From positions 4,832,001 through 4,896,000 of the forward strand of contig OZ242214.1 of assembly GCA_965206595.1 (NCBI GenBank): a stretch of 64,000 nt of DNA, written 5' to 3'. Positions 40,667 to 49,697 of the stretch are shown here, one piece after another; position 1 is the first letter of the stretch; each line of letters starts with the position of its first letter. Position numbers and translations under genes: made by a program. Under the pieces are notes generated by a model. It was not told the DNA's origin. It ran no database searches and was given only the letters and a program-made list of their open reading frames with translations. This DNA comes from Candidatus Latescibacterota bacterium. Its GTDB lineage: Bacteria; Latescibacterota; UBA2968; UBA8231.

Positions 40667-41245
40667 TCAGTCTGACAACTCTATATACCCTGACAGATCC
40701 GAAATCGACTTTTCGATCTCTTGCTTTTCGAACCTTGGTTTCAAGTTTTCCACGAGTTCCATGACACGACTCTTTTCGACGCTCTCCTCCCTGCGTTGGA
40801 GATCCCGCACCACGTAGACAACCGTGGCACGCAACTCCAGGTACTTGGCGGGGAGATGGCCGAAATCCCCGACAATTCGGGAGATCGCGTCATTCGCCCC
40901 TTGCTCCTCCAGCAGACTGCTCGCTTTCTGGATCAAACCCTCCGCATTTTCTCCTGGCTCGAGATGAAACCCACCCGGTTCACTCACCACGCGATTAATT
41001 TTCACCCCCCCTAAGCCCTCAACCAGGTCAAGATCCTGCAACAGCTCGACTGAAAACGGACCGTACGTATAGAACCGGAACCGGTATCCAGCCTGGATGT
41101 TGGCCAGGGCCTGAAGCAGGTAAACGATCTTCTGCAGGACCGTCTTCCCAAGCTGTGGCGATCTCTGGTGCAGCCCCTTCACCACCGCAGAAATCAGTCC
41201 ATACCGCTCCCAAGGCACCTTGAATTTCAAGGGACTCTCTACCAT
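40667..41245 (-). CDS. YwgA-/Panacea(SocA)-like winged-helix protein
   Basis: GKTVLQKIVYLLQ...YRFRFYTYGPFSVEL..DL, LELRATVVY; AGGAGG RBS; lower GC. Confidence 0.65.
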   Translation of the reverse strand: MVESPLKFKVPWERYGLISAVVKGLHQRSPQLGKTVLQKIVYLLQALANIQAGYRFRFYTYGPFSVELLQDLDLVEGLGGVKINRVVSEPGGFHLEPGENAEGLIQKASSLLEEQGANDAISRIVGDFGHLPAKYLELRATVVYVVRDLQRREESVEKSRVMELVENLKPRFEKQEIEKSISDLSGYIELSD

Positions 41246-41248
41246 CGG

Positions 41249-42527
41249 TCAGTTTCCTCCTTTCGCAAGACGCACCACTTGCTCGGCCGGTTCGCGAACC
41301 GACGGTCGAACGTAGACCCTGTGCCGGTTTACCGTCTTCATGCTGCCGACAATGGTCGAGAGCTGAGAGAGCGGCTTCACTCCGTCCTTTCCACTAATCA
41401 GGGGGTCACCCTCTTGCCGGTACAATGTGCTCTGCGCCTCATCCACGAATCCGACCATATCGCCAAGTTTACCTGTCAGCGTTTCAAAAAATTCGAGATC
41501 CTTCTCGGAAGGTACTTCCGGCGTTTCGAAGACATGCCGGAAATGCTTGCGCTCCAGCAATGCAGCCCCATGCTCTCCTCCTTCCCCTTCCTTATACCCG
41601 CCCCAGAACCCGCCAGTCATCCCAGGCGAGATACTCGGTGAGAGAATCTGCATCGTCGGCAGGTGGAAGCAACGTCGCTCGCCCGGCTTGCTTCGCATCG
41701 TTCTCGAGCACCTCCTGCGTGGCGATGACGCAGTGCTTGTCGTACGCCCTGCGTGTATGCTGAAAATAGACCTGCGTGAACATCATGTATCTCGCAATGA
41801 TGAATGACTCTGCAACGTGCCAACCACCTTCACCCATGGCGATCCGGGGTGAGTCCGTCTCCGGATCGATCGCCAGTTGAAGACACACCAGCATCCTTTG
41901 GAGGTCGTATCTCCCGTACTCCACTCCCGCATGATAGGAGTCCCGCAGCAGGTAGTCGGCACGATCGGCATCCAATTGCCCGGAGATGAGCTCTCGCCAC
42001 ACCAGTTCCTGGTGTCCGAGCCTGGTCTCTTCTGCCAGTAATGCGGTCACCTCGTCTGCGCGAATGCCGTATTTGGCAGTGTTTACCGGATTATCTTCGA
42101 TCACATCCCGAAGCAGGTGCTTCACCACGCCGACGGAGTACTCCTCGTGGGTCACTTCTCCTTCTTCTCCCTCCATCAACTCCTCCGCTGCGTGGGAAAA
42201 GGGGGCGTGCCCCACGTCGTGGACCAGTGCAGTTATCCGAATCAATGCATGTTGGCGGTCCAGCCCTGCATCCTCGTATCCCAACTCTTGCAGAAGATCC
42301 GGTGAGCGCACGCGGATCTCGCTGAACATCCTCGAAGCGACATGCATGACCCCGAGTGAATGTTCGAACCGGGTGTGCACGCTCCCGGGATAGACCATAT
42401 CGCTCAGGCCGAGCTGGCGGATTCGCCTCAGCCTTTGGAGTGCCGGATGGTTGAGGATATCCCGTTCCCACTTGCTGATGCCGATGAAGCCGTGGATCGG
42501 GTCGCGTATCTCGTGCAGAAGTTCCAT
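41249..42527 (-). CDS. SAMHD1-like HD-domain phosphohydrolase (putative dNTPase), split by a +1 frameshift near 41598-41604
   Basis: IRDPIHG, QRLRRIRQLG, HTRFEHSLG, HDVGHAPFSH, HE, DADRADYLLRD, VYFQH. C-terminus continues in ORF 41249-41698. Confidence 0.88.
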
Positions 42528-42717
42528 TCAGTCAGTTCATGGTCGGGTTGTTGGCAAGTTCAAAGACCAGTACTACCCTCGCAAGGATTTTGTGGCCCCA
42601 AGTGATCTCACAGGGTTGGAAGGAGACACCCCCCTCGGCAGTCCATCGAGACACCCCGCCCAAAAGTCCCAGGACAACCGCCAGAGCAGGCAGCAAACAG
42701 CTGTTCCTGCCGGGCCT

Positions 42718-43554
42718 TCACCCCCGCCCGGGCGACCGGAAACCGGCGGGCAACCCCTGCTGGTCGTGGTCGTGGACCTTCTCCGAGAAACAGGGCCACG
42801 CCTGCCCGCCCATGTGCTCCCACTCCTCGCCGCACAGCCAGACGAGCATCTGCGCCGGAGGAACGGTGAATCCGGGAAACTCGTTGGGCGGCCAGGAAAA
42901 GCTGAAGCCAGGGTCGGTCTTCCAGTCGCGGCAGGGCTCCGAGGTGCGCCAGTAGTTGTACTTGAGGTTGTTGCGGATGCCGCTGCGGGTGCTGGCGCTG
43001 CGGCGGTGCCAGATCGTATAGCAGGTCAGGAATATGGTGCCGGCCGGCGCGATCGTGAGAAACGAGTCGCGCACGCTGCGGAGGCGGCTGAGGATGCCGC
43101 CGTAACCCCGCTTGAGGTGGCTGCCGGGCAGTATCTCGGTCGGCCCCATCTCTCGCGGCACGTCCTCGGGGTAGTAGAACACCTGCAGGTAGTCGACCCG
43201 CGGGGTCAGCATCGAGCCGCCGTCCTGGTGCCAGTTGAGGGCCGGCGCCGGGCACTCGACCCGGTGGTTGGCCATCAGCGCCGGAAGCACGAAGTCCTTG
43301 CCGAGAAGGGAGCGCACCGCCCCGGCCGCTTCCGGGTTGCGGATCACCCCCTGTGCGAACCACTCCTCGTCGAGGATCTCCGACGGCTCGGGGGAGTCGT
43401 GCTCGTCGAGGAACTCGACGGTGCGGCAGTTGACCTCGTCCGGGACCACCCCCTCGAGCATCGCGTAGCCCCTTCTGCAGAAATCCATCACCTGCCGGTC
43501 GTCGAGGGTGGGCGGGCAGTCCCAGGTCTGGCCGGCGACCACGGCGCCGTTCAT
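42718..43554 (-). CDS. PhyH-family dioxygenase
   Basis: WHQD, QVFYYP, GPTEILPGSH, TIWHR..R.NLKY. Confidence 0.85.
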   Translation of the reverse strand: MNGAVVAGQTWDCPPTLDDRQVMDFCRRGYAMLEGVVPDEVNCRTVEFLDEHDSPEPSEILDEEWFAQGVIRNPEAAGAVRSLLGKDFVLPALMANHRVECPAPALNWHQDGGSMLTPRVDYLQVFYYPEDVPREMGPTEILPGSHLKRGYGGILSRLRSVRDSFLTIAPAGTIFLTCYTIWHRRSASTRSGIRNNLKYNYWRTSEPCRDWKTDPGFSFSWPPNEFPGFTVPPAQMLVWLCGEEWEHMGGQAWPCFSEKVHDHDQQGLPAGFRSPGRG

Positions 43555-43907
43555 TTCTCGAGTATGAATTCCCATTTCATGCCCCCGTAGTCGGGATCGA
43601 GGTAGGCCAGGGCCATCTCGGGAAACTTGACGATGCGCCAGCCGTCGCTCATCGCCTCGAGAACGGTCTGGTAGGGCCAGTCGTCCGGGTCGTCCGGCGC
43701 GTCGAGCACCACCGCGTCGTCGACGATGGCCATGCCGATGACGGGCGACTCGAGGTCGGTGGTGTGGGTCTGGAGATAGAGCAGCCGTTGTACTGCCGGG
43801 GTGCGGTCCTGCTTCAGGCGGTCGAGGGTCTGCTCGAGGTCGGCGGGGGTGAGCGCCCCCCGCTTGAGCTGCCCCAGCCACTGCGAAACCTGGGCGGCGT
43901 CGATCAT
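43551..43907 (-). CDS. Hypothetical protein translationally coupled to a PhyH gene
   Basis: 118-aa ORF with ATGA overlap; PYQTVLEAMSDGWRIV..P, EFILEK. Confidence 0.75.
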   Translation of the reverse strand: MIDAAQVSQWLGQLKRGALTPADLEQTLDRLKQDRTPAVQRLLYLQTHTTDLESPVIGMAIVDDAVVLDAPDDPDDWPYQTVLEAMSDGWRIVKFPEMALAYLDPDYGGMKWEFILEK

Positions 43908-44199
43908 GGTCTTCGGTGGTTTGTTCCGAGGGAGGTTCGCAGGATGCTAACGCACCATCAGGAAGGCGGCAAGCGAGGGTTCTCGCCTGGGTGCGGGCCG
44001 GACAGTTTATTCCCTGCGACGCATCGCCGGCACGGACCGGTGACCTCGTCGAAAATCCCGCCTTCACACGGTTATTTGGCCAATGCCGAGATTCGCCAAA
44101 GGTGCAAATCAGAAGCAGTCGGGCGCCCGGAATACCCTCGGAAAAGAGGCACGAGCACCTGCGATACCAGATCAAGAGGCTGCGATCGCCCCTGATGTC

Positions 44200-44503
44200 A
44201 TGGACAGCGTCGTAAGCACAATCGTGCAGAACTGCGATCCTGAAATGATCGCCCTGTTCGGTTCGGCGGCCACGGGGAGGACCCATCAAGACAGCGATCT
44301 CGATCTGCTCGTGGTCATGGATTCCACCCTGCCACGCCCACAGGCGGGCCGCCCCGATTCGCCTGCTGTTCTCACCGTATCCTTGTCCTATGGACATCCT
44401 GGTGTACACGCCGGACGAAATCGAGAAGTGGCGGGAAACGACAAACCATATCGTGACCGAGGCCCTCGAGTCTGGGAAGGTCTTGTATGAGCGGCTTGGA
44501 TAA
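44200..44503 (+). pseudogene. Minimal nucleotidyltransferase (MNT antitoxin), frameshifted near 44337-44341
   Basis: LFGSAATG....DSDLDLLVV, then +1 frame PMDILVYTPDE...EALESGKVLYE. Confidence 0.8.
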
Positions 44504-44594
44504 GCTCGCGGCCCAATGGCTGGCGAAGGCCGGCCTTTGCACGCCACGATGGCATTGTCGTCATAGTCGGGTGAAGCGGCCCTGTACAGCCTGA
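44487..44594 (+). pseudogene. HEPN toxin N-terminal remnant
   Basis: Overlaps the MNT end; MSGLDKLAAQWLAKA resembles HEPN helix 1, then the sequence degenerates. Confidence 0.5.
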
Positions 44595-44613
44595 TGGATC
44601 CGTCTGGTAGAAA

Positions 44614-46360
44614 ATGCGGCTGACACACGAAGCCTGGGGAAAGACCGACAAGGAGGGAGGCGGCGTTCACCCGCTGGCGCATCACTGCATGGATGTGGCA
44701 GCGGTGTTCGAGCGGCTGTCGGAACTGCCCGTCATCCGCGACCGGCTTGAGATGGCTGCCGATGCGCGGCTGACAGATGCGGATTGCCAGCAGCTGTCCG
44801 CCCTCGTGTTCCTGCACGACATCGGAAAACTGCATCCGGGTTTTCAGGCGAAGGGCTGGTCGGCCGGCATGTGGCACGGCTCGACCCGGGGACATCTGAA
44901 AGAAGGTTGGGCGTTCCTGGAGCTGGCCGCGAAACGGTCGCAGCACCCATTCCACGAAACGGTGCGACGGATAATGGAATGGGGGGAGGCTGTCGTCCCT
45001 CTTTTTTCGGCGATTATCGCTCATCACGGACGCCCTGTAGAGCCACCGTCGGCTCCGATGCTTAAGGAGTGGCCGTGTCTTCCACATTACGACTGGCAGG
45101 CAGAGACCGGTGTGATGTGCGCAGCCCTTCATCGCTGGTTCGCCGGAGCTGTTGAATCCGGCGGAGAACCTTTGCCCGGCAATCCCCGCTTTCACCACGC
45201 GGTCGCCGGTCTGGTGTCGCTGGCCGACTGGATCGGTTCGGATAGGAGATTCTTCCGTTTCACCGATCCGTTCGACCTTTCCTACAACTCGGTGGCGCGT
45301 GATGCCGCACGGAAAGCGCTGAAGACGATCCGCTTGGACCCGGGCGCTCTCCTCACTCGTCCCGCGCCGGACTTCCACACACTGACGGGGTTTCCCGAGG
45401 CAAATCCGGCACAGGCCGTGGTGGGCGATGTTGGGCCGGAAGCCCGGCTGCTGATCCTCGAAGCCGAAACCGGCTCGGGCAAAACCGAGGCTGCGCTGTG
45501 GCGCTTCACCCAGCTTCTGGTGGCAGGAGCAGTGTCGGGACTCTACTTCGCTGTGCCGACGCGCGCCGCGGCCAGGCAGCTTCACGGCCGCGTGGACATG
45601 GCAGTGCGCCGGGTATTCGGCGCGGCGGCACCCGAAGCCGTACTGGCCATCCCCGGGATGCTGAGGTCGGGGCAGTTCGAAGGCCAACGCCTTCCCCATT
45701 GGGACGTAAGATGGGACGACGATACGACATCGGCCCCGCAGCGATGGGCTGCAGAGCACGCAACGCGGTTCCTGGCGGCACCGGTCGCTGTGGGGACGGT
45801 TGACCAGGCGATGCTCGCCGGCCTGCAGGTAACGCACGCGCACCTACGCGGCAGCGCATTGAACCGCAGTCTTCTGGTCATCGACGAGGTTCACGCTTCC
45901 GACGCTTACATGACGGAGGTTCTGGCGCAGCTTCTGGAAGGACACCTTGCCACCGGCGGATACGCGATGCTGATGTCCGCGACCCTGGGCTCCCGGGCAC
46001 GGGTGCGCTGGACCAGAGAATCGTTGCCGGAGTTCGGAACCGCGATGGAGACGCCCTATCCGGCGGTCTGGGTAAAAGGAGAAAACAGCCCGCGTTCGGC
46101 ACCGGATGGGGGGCGCCCCAAGAGGGTGCATCTCGAAACCGTGCCGACGATGGACCCGGCGGAGACCGCGCGACGTGCCGTCTCCGCAGCGGAGCAGGGA
46201 GCGCGGGTCCTAGTGATCCGCAATACCGTTGACATGGCAGTCGACACTTGGCGCGGTGTTAGGGAATTCGGTTCCGAAACGCTGCTAATGCAGGTGGCCG
46301 GGGGGCCGGCGCTGCATCACGGACGCTTTGCCGTTGAGGACCGCGCGCTGCTTGATCGCG
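44614..46360 (+). pseudogene. cas3: Type I (I-E-like) CRISPR helicase-nuclease Cas3, 3'-truncated
   Basis: HD domain HHCMDVA, LHDIGK, HHG, ADWIGS; helicase AETGSGKT, DEVH, MSATL, RNTV, HGRF. Motifs V and VI are absent. The ORF reads on into foreign sequence to 46665. Confidence 0.9.
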
Positions 46361-46611
46361 GCCACGATCTGGGAACACGTGGCCGGCGCCGGCGATTTTT
46401 CCTCGTCGGCGAAAAGGTGGGCGAGATAGACCGCCACGACGGTATCGGTGACCGGCCGGCCGGCAATCGCCTCGTCGAACTTGGCCAGCGCGTATCGGTA
46501 GGCCCGTTTCGTGTTGACCGCGATACTGGAGTCGACGAGCCGGTGGACCTGCCTAGAGACGGGAAGCGACGGGGTCTCTTCGAGGGCGATCAGTGCGGTG
46601 TTCGAATCCAT
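46351..46611 (-). pseudogene. Tyrosine recombinase (Cre-like) N-terminal core-binding domain remnant
   Basis: SIAVNTKRAY...FD......VTDTVVAVYLAHL....APAT....AAIK; no catalytic domain. Confidence 0.75.
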
Positions 46612-46730
46612 TGGGGGCGGCCCTTCCTGGATGGTGGGATTACATCACCTTATGCCAGAACATGACATCAGGCGGAAGGGCGGGCTACTTGTCGTGAAAA
46701 ATACGAGCCTATCCAGATTTTTTTAACAAG

Positions 46731-46991
46731 CTATCTCTTGCGGTAGGCGGAGGCTCTGGGCTTGATCCCGGTGACCTTAAGGGATCTTTCCGGTTCACTG
46801 ACTGTGTAGATGATTCGGGCTCCCTTGACCTTCACCCGGCGAAATCCCTGGAATTTCCCTTTCAGCCTCTTTCCTGCGTAGGGATTTGTTTTTAGCTCGT
46901 CTATGGCCTCTTCAACCTGCTCAAACAGGGGTTTCGGCCACCCTCGGATCGTCCTCAATGCCTTCCCGCTCACGGAAACGGCGTATTCCAT
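46731..46991 (-). CDS. relE: RelE/ParE-family toxin
   Basis: 86 aa; L..NP..GKRLKG...FRRVKV..RIIY.V......V..I..R..AY. Confidence 0.85.
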   Translation of the reverse strand: MEYAVSVSGKALRTIRGWPKPLFEQVEEAIDELKTNPYAGKRLKGKFQGFRRVKVKGARIIYTVSEPERSLKVTGIKPRASAYRKR

Positions 46992-47100
46992 CTTTCGCTT
47001 CCTCCCACTCTACCCACTCCGTAGAAGGATCATCGAGGATCGCCTTGGCTTCCTCAGTCTCATCTTTCTGCGGTTTGTGGCCTTTCGCGTCTCGCGCCAT
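46921..47100 (-). CDS. Putative small acidic antitoxin (59 aa, below the ORF track cut-off)
   Basis: AAAAGGAG RBS; MARDAKGHKPQKDETEEAKAILDDPSTEWVEWEEAKDG...; upstream of and overlapping relE. Confidence 0.65.
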   Translation of the reverse strand: MARDAKGHKPQKDETEEAKAILDDPSTEWVEWEEAKDGIRRFREREGIEDDPRVAETPV

Positions 47101-47130
47101 GCCCGGATCTCCTTTTGACGTTACCTAAGG

Positions 47131-47159
47131 ATTATCACAAGTAGCAACGACCTTGTCAA
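47131..47159 (-). promoter_or_regulatory. Sigma70 promoter of the TA module
   Basis: TTGACA-17 nt-GATAAT with extended -10 TG. Confidence 0.75.
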
Positions 47160-47626
47160 CGTTTTGGGCTTTCCCGATACTTGCTGAAACCTTCGGCGGA
47201 AACAGGAACTCCGTAGAGAATGGAAAGAAAAAAGAACAAAGAAGCAGCGGCGACCGTCGCCACCCGGCCCTGGCCGTTTGCCCGGTTCTGGCCGAGGCTG
47301 GGGGCCTCCAGTGAGATGCGCTAAGAAGCGGGTGCTCAGCGAGAAATTCAGAACGTGTTGCCGGGCAAGCAAAATCTCCAAACCGGTATATCACAAGATT
47401 TTCGAGGAGCTTCAGGAGATAAAGAATCGGCTGGATCAGCTGGACCGATAGCCCTTCCCTCCCGGGGAAGTTTCTCATCTGAGACACTACCAATTTTTTT
47501 TGCATGAGCCCGAATAGCTCTCCTCCTAAAAAAATAATAGGGAACCCCCCAGGACGGAAGGATCCTGCCTGGGTGCCGCTGCTGAGCCGCGTCGTGGATG
47601 TGTTTCTCCATGTCGTTTTGTGAATG

Positions 47627-47688
47627 AAATGGGAAGAAACTAAATGGGAAGAAACTAAATGGGAAGAAACTAAATGGGAAGAAACTAA
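47627..47688 (+). repeat. 15-bp tandem repeat x4 (aaatgggaagaaact)
   Basis: Four perfect units visible directly. Confidence 0.95.
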
Positions 47689-47689
47689 A

Positions 47690-48235
47690 ATGACCGCGGA
47701 TACCCTGACTCACCTGGCTCTAGACACCGGACTTATATGCACAATAGCGCGCTCTGAGATAGCCGACACGGTAATTGCCGAATTGCGTCCAGCATTATGC
47801 GAGGCTCTACTTGGCCCAGTTGGCCGGCCTGTCAACCTCCCGGGAACTGAATATTGTCTGACGACCGACGCCCTCCCGGAATCCTACCTGTCGTTCGATC
47901 TGCGTCTGAACCCCGGACACCTCCCTCTGGTAACCTGCTGGTGTCACGCGCGTTCAGACAACGTGGATCCGTTGTGGAAGCATTTTCAGGGAGAGATGCC
48001 GACCAAAGCCTACCCCACCAGGGAAAGTCGTTCCGAACTCAAAGAGTGGGAACGGATGCGCGACTTCCTCCTGCAACCACCGCTACCACTGCCGGCGACC
48101 TTGTCGCCCCCTTGGTTGATAACCGTAGAGCTGCACCCTTCCCCAGGGAAGTTCCTTTCCTGCAAGTTGGGAAATTGCGCGCGACGAATTGCTTGGTGCT
48201 GGTTGGAGAGGGAATGCCGTCATCCGTCGGGTTGA
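47690..48235 (+). CDS. Hypothetical protein (low GC); alternative start at 47624
   Basis: ORF of about 181 aa with no recognised motif. Confidence 0.5.
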   Translation: MTADTLTHLALDTGLICTIARSEIADTVIAELRPALCEALLGPVGRPVNLPGTEYCLTTDALPESYLSFDLRLNPGHLPLVTCWCHARSDNVDPLWKHFQGEMPTKAYPTRESRSELKEWERMRDFLLQPPLPLPATLSPPWLITVELHPSPGKFLSCKLGNCARRIAWCWLERECRHPSG

Positions 48236-48244
48236 TACCATCAT

Positions 48245-48640
48245 CTGGTCACGGGCCTCTGGAAATCGCCTCCCACGGGGTTCGCCCTTTGTCTACTGGC
48301 CGTCTTTTTTGCGTCTTGCAGTACTGAGCTTACGGAGAAGGAGAGGGAGGAGGAGTGGGTGATGAAGGGAAAAAAAGAAGTCAAGAACAAACTGCGTGAT
48401 CCCGATTCTGCCAAGTTCCGCGATGTTTTTTTGAACCGGGGAGAAGGTGCTAACAACCTGCCAATAACTTGTGGGGAGGTTTCCAGCAATGATGGATTGG
48501 GCACAGGTTACCAGAAGTTTATTTCCGACGGTAGCTCAAGTACTACTTATCTGGAGGAGGAGGTAGATGGAGATTTTAATGATTTGTGGGATCTCTTTTG
48601 CGGATCGCCATCTGTGTCTTACGAGCTAAAGAGAAGATGA
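48245..48640 (+). CDS. Putative lipoprotein of the LKDPDSAxF...CGEV type; start unclear
   Basis: Frame is open upstream of 48359 with LCLLAVFFASC; LRDPDSAKF, TCGEV..GYQKF. Confidence 0.55.
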   Translation: MVTGLWKSPPTGFALCLLAVFFASCSTELTEKEREEEWVMKGKKEVKNKLRDPDSAKFRDVFLNRGEGANNLPITCGEVSSNDGLGTGYQKFISDGSSSTTYLEEEVDGDFNDLWDLFCGSPSVSYELKRR

Positions 48641-48710
48641 ACCTCTGAAGCATTGGGCATCCGTGGTTAGCTGGGGCAAGGGAATCAACAACCTTATAAA
48701 GTAAGTATTG

Positions 48711-49445
48711 GGGGTATCCATTTAACTGGACCCACTCTTGATTGCCCGCCACGGTCGGTTCGCCGCCGGACGTTCCAAGCTCGCCGGGCGTCCACGTTGG
48801 GTCGGTGGTACGGGTCGTACTTTGCGGGGGCGCCGGCTGGCGACGAGATCCCGATAGCGTACAGGCGCGTGGCCGACAGCCAGCTCGAGCACGCGATAGA
48901 ACACCCTACCCCGGCTGCGAGAGCGGCGGCGGTTGAAGCGGAACACGAACTCGTCGAGGTAGCTGATCAGGTGGGCGTCGTCGACGGAGCCCTGGTGAGT
49001 CCCCAGCAGCCAACGCTTGGCCAACGAGGCGACGCGATGTACGGCGGGCAACCGCTTGTGGGGATCGTCGCCACGAGCGCGCTCGGCGCCCTGGCTGCGC
49101 CTTTCCTGTTCGTAGCCGAGCTGCGCCAGACCCTGATAGGCCGGCCAACCGTCGGTGAGGATCGTCGAGCCGGGTTCAATGTGGTCGATCACGAAGCCGT
49201 GAAGGGACTGGGCCGACGCATCGGCCAGCGGCGAGATTCGGCAACGGCCAAGACCCTTTGGCTCCCGGAGCTCCACCGCGATTCCGGTCAGCACCTTCTT
49301 GCCTTTGGCGCGGCCTCCTGCCAGCCCTGGCTCGACACCGCCGATGTAGGTCTCGTCCACCTGGACCGTCCCGGTCAGCAACTCACGACCGGGACGTACC
49401 AACACCGACCGCAGCCGGTGCAGCATCGCCCAGGCGGTCTGATAC
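48711..49445 (-). mobile_element. IS1595-family element remnant (transposase 5'-truncated, right end present)
   Basis: YQTAWAMLHRLR, VQVDETYIGG, TDGW..Y, WLLGTHQG, YLDEFVFRFNRR; terminal sequence ggggtatccatttaactgga. Confidence 0.9.
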
Positions 49446-49697
49446 GATCAGTGATCAGGGGCTTTTCTCAACCTCTGACGGCGAATGAGTTTCTCATTCG
49501 AATTACTGCTTCCTCTGCCCATGCCTGTCTACTGTCTACCACCTCGGTTTCGCAATCGTAATCTTGTTCCCCTCCATAACTATGTGCGAGGTACATGTAC
49601 CTATCTGGGGGGAGGGACCGCGTCATCGAACTGCTGCGCTTGATCAGTATGCCTACGCGAGGCTGCGTAGTCTTTGATGAATTTTTCAGTCAGATTC

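Noticed and set aside
44000-44045. Possible degenerate type I-E CRISPR repeat (gtttattccctgcg...)
   Set aside because: Single copy with no palindrome or spacer periodicity.
42718-45843. 1041-aa minus-strand ORF
   Set aside because: Mostly antisense to cas3/MNT; only the last 278 aa (PhyH) is credible.
47125-47505. 126-aa minus-strand ORF and short plus-strand peptide ending FEELQEIKNRLDQLDR
   Set aside because: No RBS or family motif; cannot be supported.
47627-47688. CRISPR array near cas3
   Set aside because: Contiguous 15-bp units with no spacers.
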